Assembly (NCBI RefSeq): GCF_006345805.1
Contig: NC_042998.1
Span: 183,954,001 to 184,018,000, forward strand
Source: Octopus sinensis
Lineage: Eukaryota
Reading direction: 5' to 3'
Length of the DNA: 64,000 nucleotides
The notes under the pieces were generated by a model that ran no database searches, had not been told where the DNA came from, and was given only the letters and a program-made list of their open reading frames with translations. This document shows positions 62,333 to 64,000 of this stretch, one piece after another. The first letter of the stretch is position 1. Every line of letters starts with the position of its first letter. A program made the position numbers and the translations under genes.

Positions 62333-62765
62333 CTCCTGTGCCGGTGGCATATAAAAAGCACCCACTACACTCTCGGAGTGGTTGGCGTTAGGAAAGGCAT
62401 CCAGCTGTAGAAACATTGCCAGCTCAGACTGGGGCCTGGTGCAGCCACTGGCACTCAGTCAAACCAGCCAACCCATGCCAGCATGAAAAACGGATGTTGA
62501 TGATGATGATCATCATCATCTTCGTTTAGCGTTCGCTTTCCATGCTAGCATGGGTTGGACGGTTCAACTGGGGTCTGGGAAGCCAGAAGGCTGCACCAGG
62601 CCCAGTCTGATCTGGCAATGTTTCTACGGCTGGATGCCCTTCCTAACGCCAACCACTCCGTGAGTGTAGTGGGTGCTTTTTACGTGCCACCGGCACAGGT
62701 GCCAGACGAGGCTGGCAAACGGCCACGATCGAATGGTGCTTTTTACGTGCCACCGGCACGGGGGA
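62333..62765. mobile_element. Two repeat B copies fused tail-to-tail (62333-62510 plus, 62511-62765 minus)
   Basis: Junction ...gatgatgatgat|catcatcatcttcgtttagcg... Confidence 0.85.
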
Positions 62766-62991
62766 CAATAATATATCTTTCCATAGTATAATTATATAAT
62801 GTTAATAAATTTATAATATGCCAGTTATATTCCTCTATTTCCTTTAATATTTATATATTGAACTTATACCATTTTAAGTTCTGATTTTTTTCTCTACTGT
62901 ATTGTGGTACTTAACTGAAGAACCAGTGAAAATTCTATGTTTTCCATCCCTTTGAAAGAAATTGTTTTTTCCATGGATTGAATAATAATGT

Positions 62992-63022
<31 letters not shown>

Positions 63023-63279
63023 ATATATATATATATATTATATATATATATATAAATACATGCATTTACATATCTATATACACACACATTGAAAACCAAA
63101 ATGTTAGTTGGTCATTAATTTATATATCCTATTATAGGCTTTAGCATTGAAGTTACATACTTAGTCTCTACTAATGACTGTCCTAAAGCAGTTATAAATA
63201 AGATGCATTGAAGTAGCTTTGCTGAAAGGACTAATTAATTTTCATTAAAACTGAAGAGAATGTAAAGCCATAAATTTAC

Positions 63280-63415
63280 CTTTCTAGGAGTGTTGATCCA
63301 AGCAAGGTGACTGAAATGGGAATCAATTGAAACACCAACAACTTCTGCATTGATCTCTTTGAATTTTTCTATATTATCACTAAATGCAATGATCTCGGTT
63401 GGGCATACAAATGTA
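63280..63415 (-). CDS. PRDX3: Typical 2-Cys peroxiredoxin (PRDX3-like), internal exon with the peroxidatic Cys
   Basis: ttttcag|[45 protein letters not shown]|gtaaat, 136 nt. [15 protein letters not shown] is PRDX3-like. Upstream exons (YPLDF and the N-terminus) are not found in the window. Confidence 0.9.
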
Positions 63416-63759
63416 CTGAAAACAATAGATAAAAAAGGCTGATTTATTGATTTCTACCACAATGAATAAACAATTGAAAGGTGAGGCTGATGGGCTATTA
63501 ACACAAAAATCCAATAACACCATTCTGAAACCATTATTCCTCCCACTCAGTCCATACAAACATACACAAATAGCAGCAGTATCAATAACCTTATTAACCC
63601 TAATTACTGTGCCTGGATTTGCACAAGAGAGAAATGTAGAGGAACAGCAATCGATGTATTTCACCTGAATTCAACTTTTTAGCCCATGCTCTGGGCTAGA
63701 ACATGGGCTGGAAACAGTAAAGCAGAGAGACTGCTGAGAGAGAAATATTAAACACACTT

Positions 63760-64000
63760 GACTGGCCTCCGTGCTAGTGGCATGTAAAAGGCACCAACTG
63801 ATCGTAGTCGTTTCAGCCCCGCCTGGCCCCTGTACCGGCAGCACGTAAAAAGCACCCACTACACTCATGGAGTGGTTGGCGTTAGGAAGGGCATCCAGCA
63901 GTAGAAACACTGCCAGATCAGACTGGGCCTGGTGCAGCCTCCTGGCTTCCCAGACCCCAGTCGAACCATCCAACCCATGCTAGCATGGAAAGCAGACGTT
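63760..64000 (+). mobile_element. Repeat B copy running off the window end
   Basis: Conserved units and 3' end. Confidence 0.8.

Overview
AT-rich, repeat-dense animal genomic DNA. The SINE, LINE and microsatellite content points to a coleoid cephalopod, probably Octopus (inference). Three protein-coding genes can be reconstructed by hand. (1) UBOX5/RNF37 on the minus strand, a single coding exon at 13539-15215. (2) A BOD1L1-like gene on the plus strand, 10 coding exons at 24558-53480; the splice phases are consistent and give 4479 nt, 1492 aa. (3) The last four exons of a typical 2-Cys peroxiredoxin, most like PRDX3, on the minus strand at 57529-63415; these exons are absent from the ORF track and the 5' exons lie beyond the window. 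The rest is a layered transposon landscape: a Penelope-like element with inverted pseudo-LTR, CR1-type, RTE and R4/Dong LINE fragments, a Gypsy integrase relic, Tigger and mariner relics, hAT and piggyBac-type MITEs, Helentron-like non-autonomous elements and several tRNA-derived SINE families. There is no CRISPR array or prokaryotic system. The most notable signal is a set of three different type-I hammerhead ribozyme motifs, each in an element with an inverted duplication at its 5' side. One is in the Penelope element and two are in short non-coding fold-back elements.
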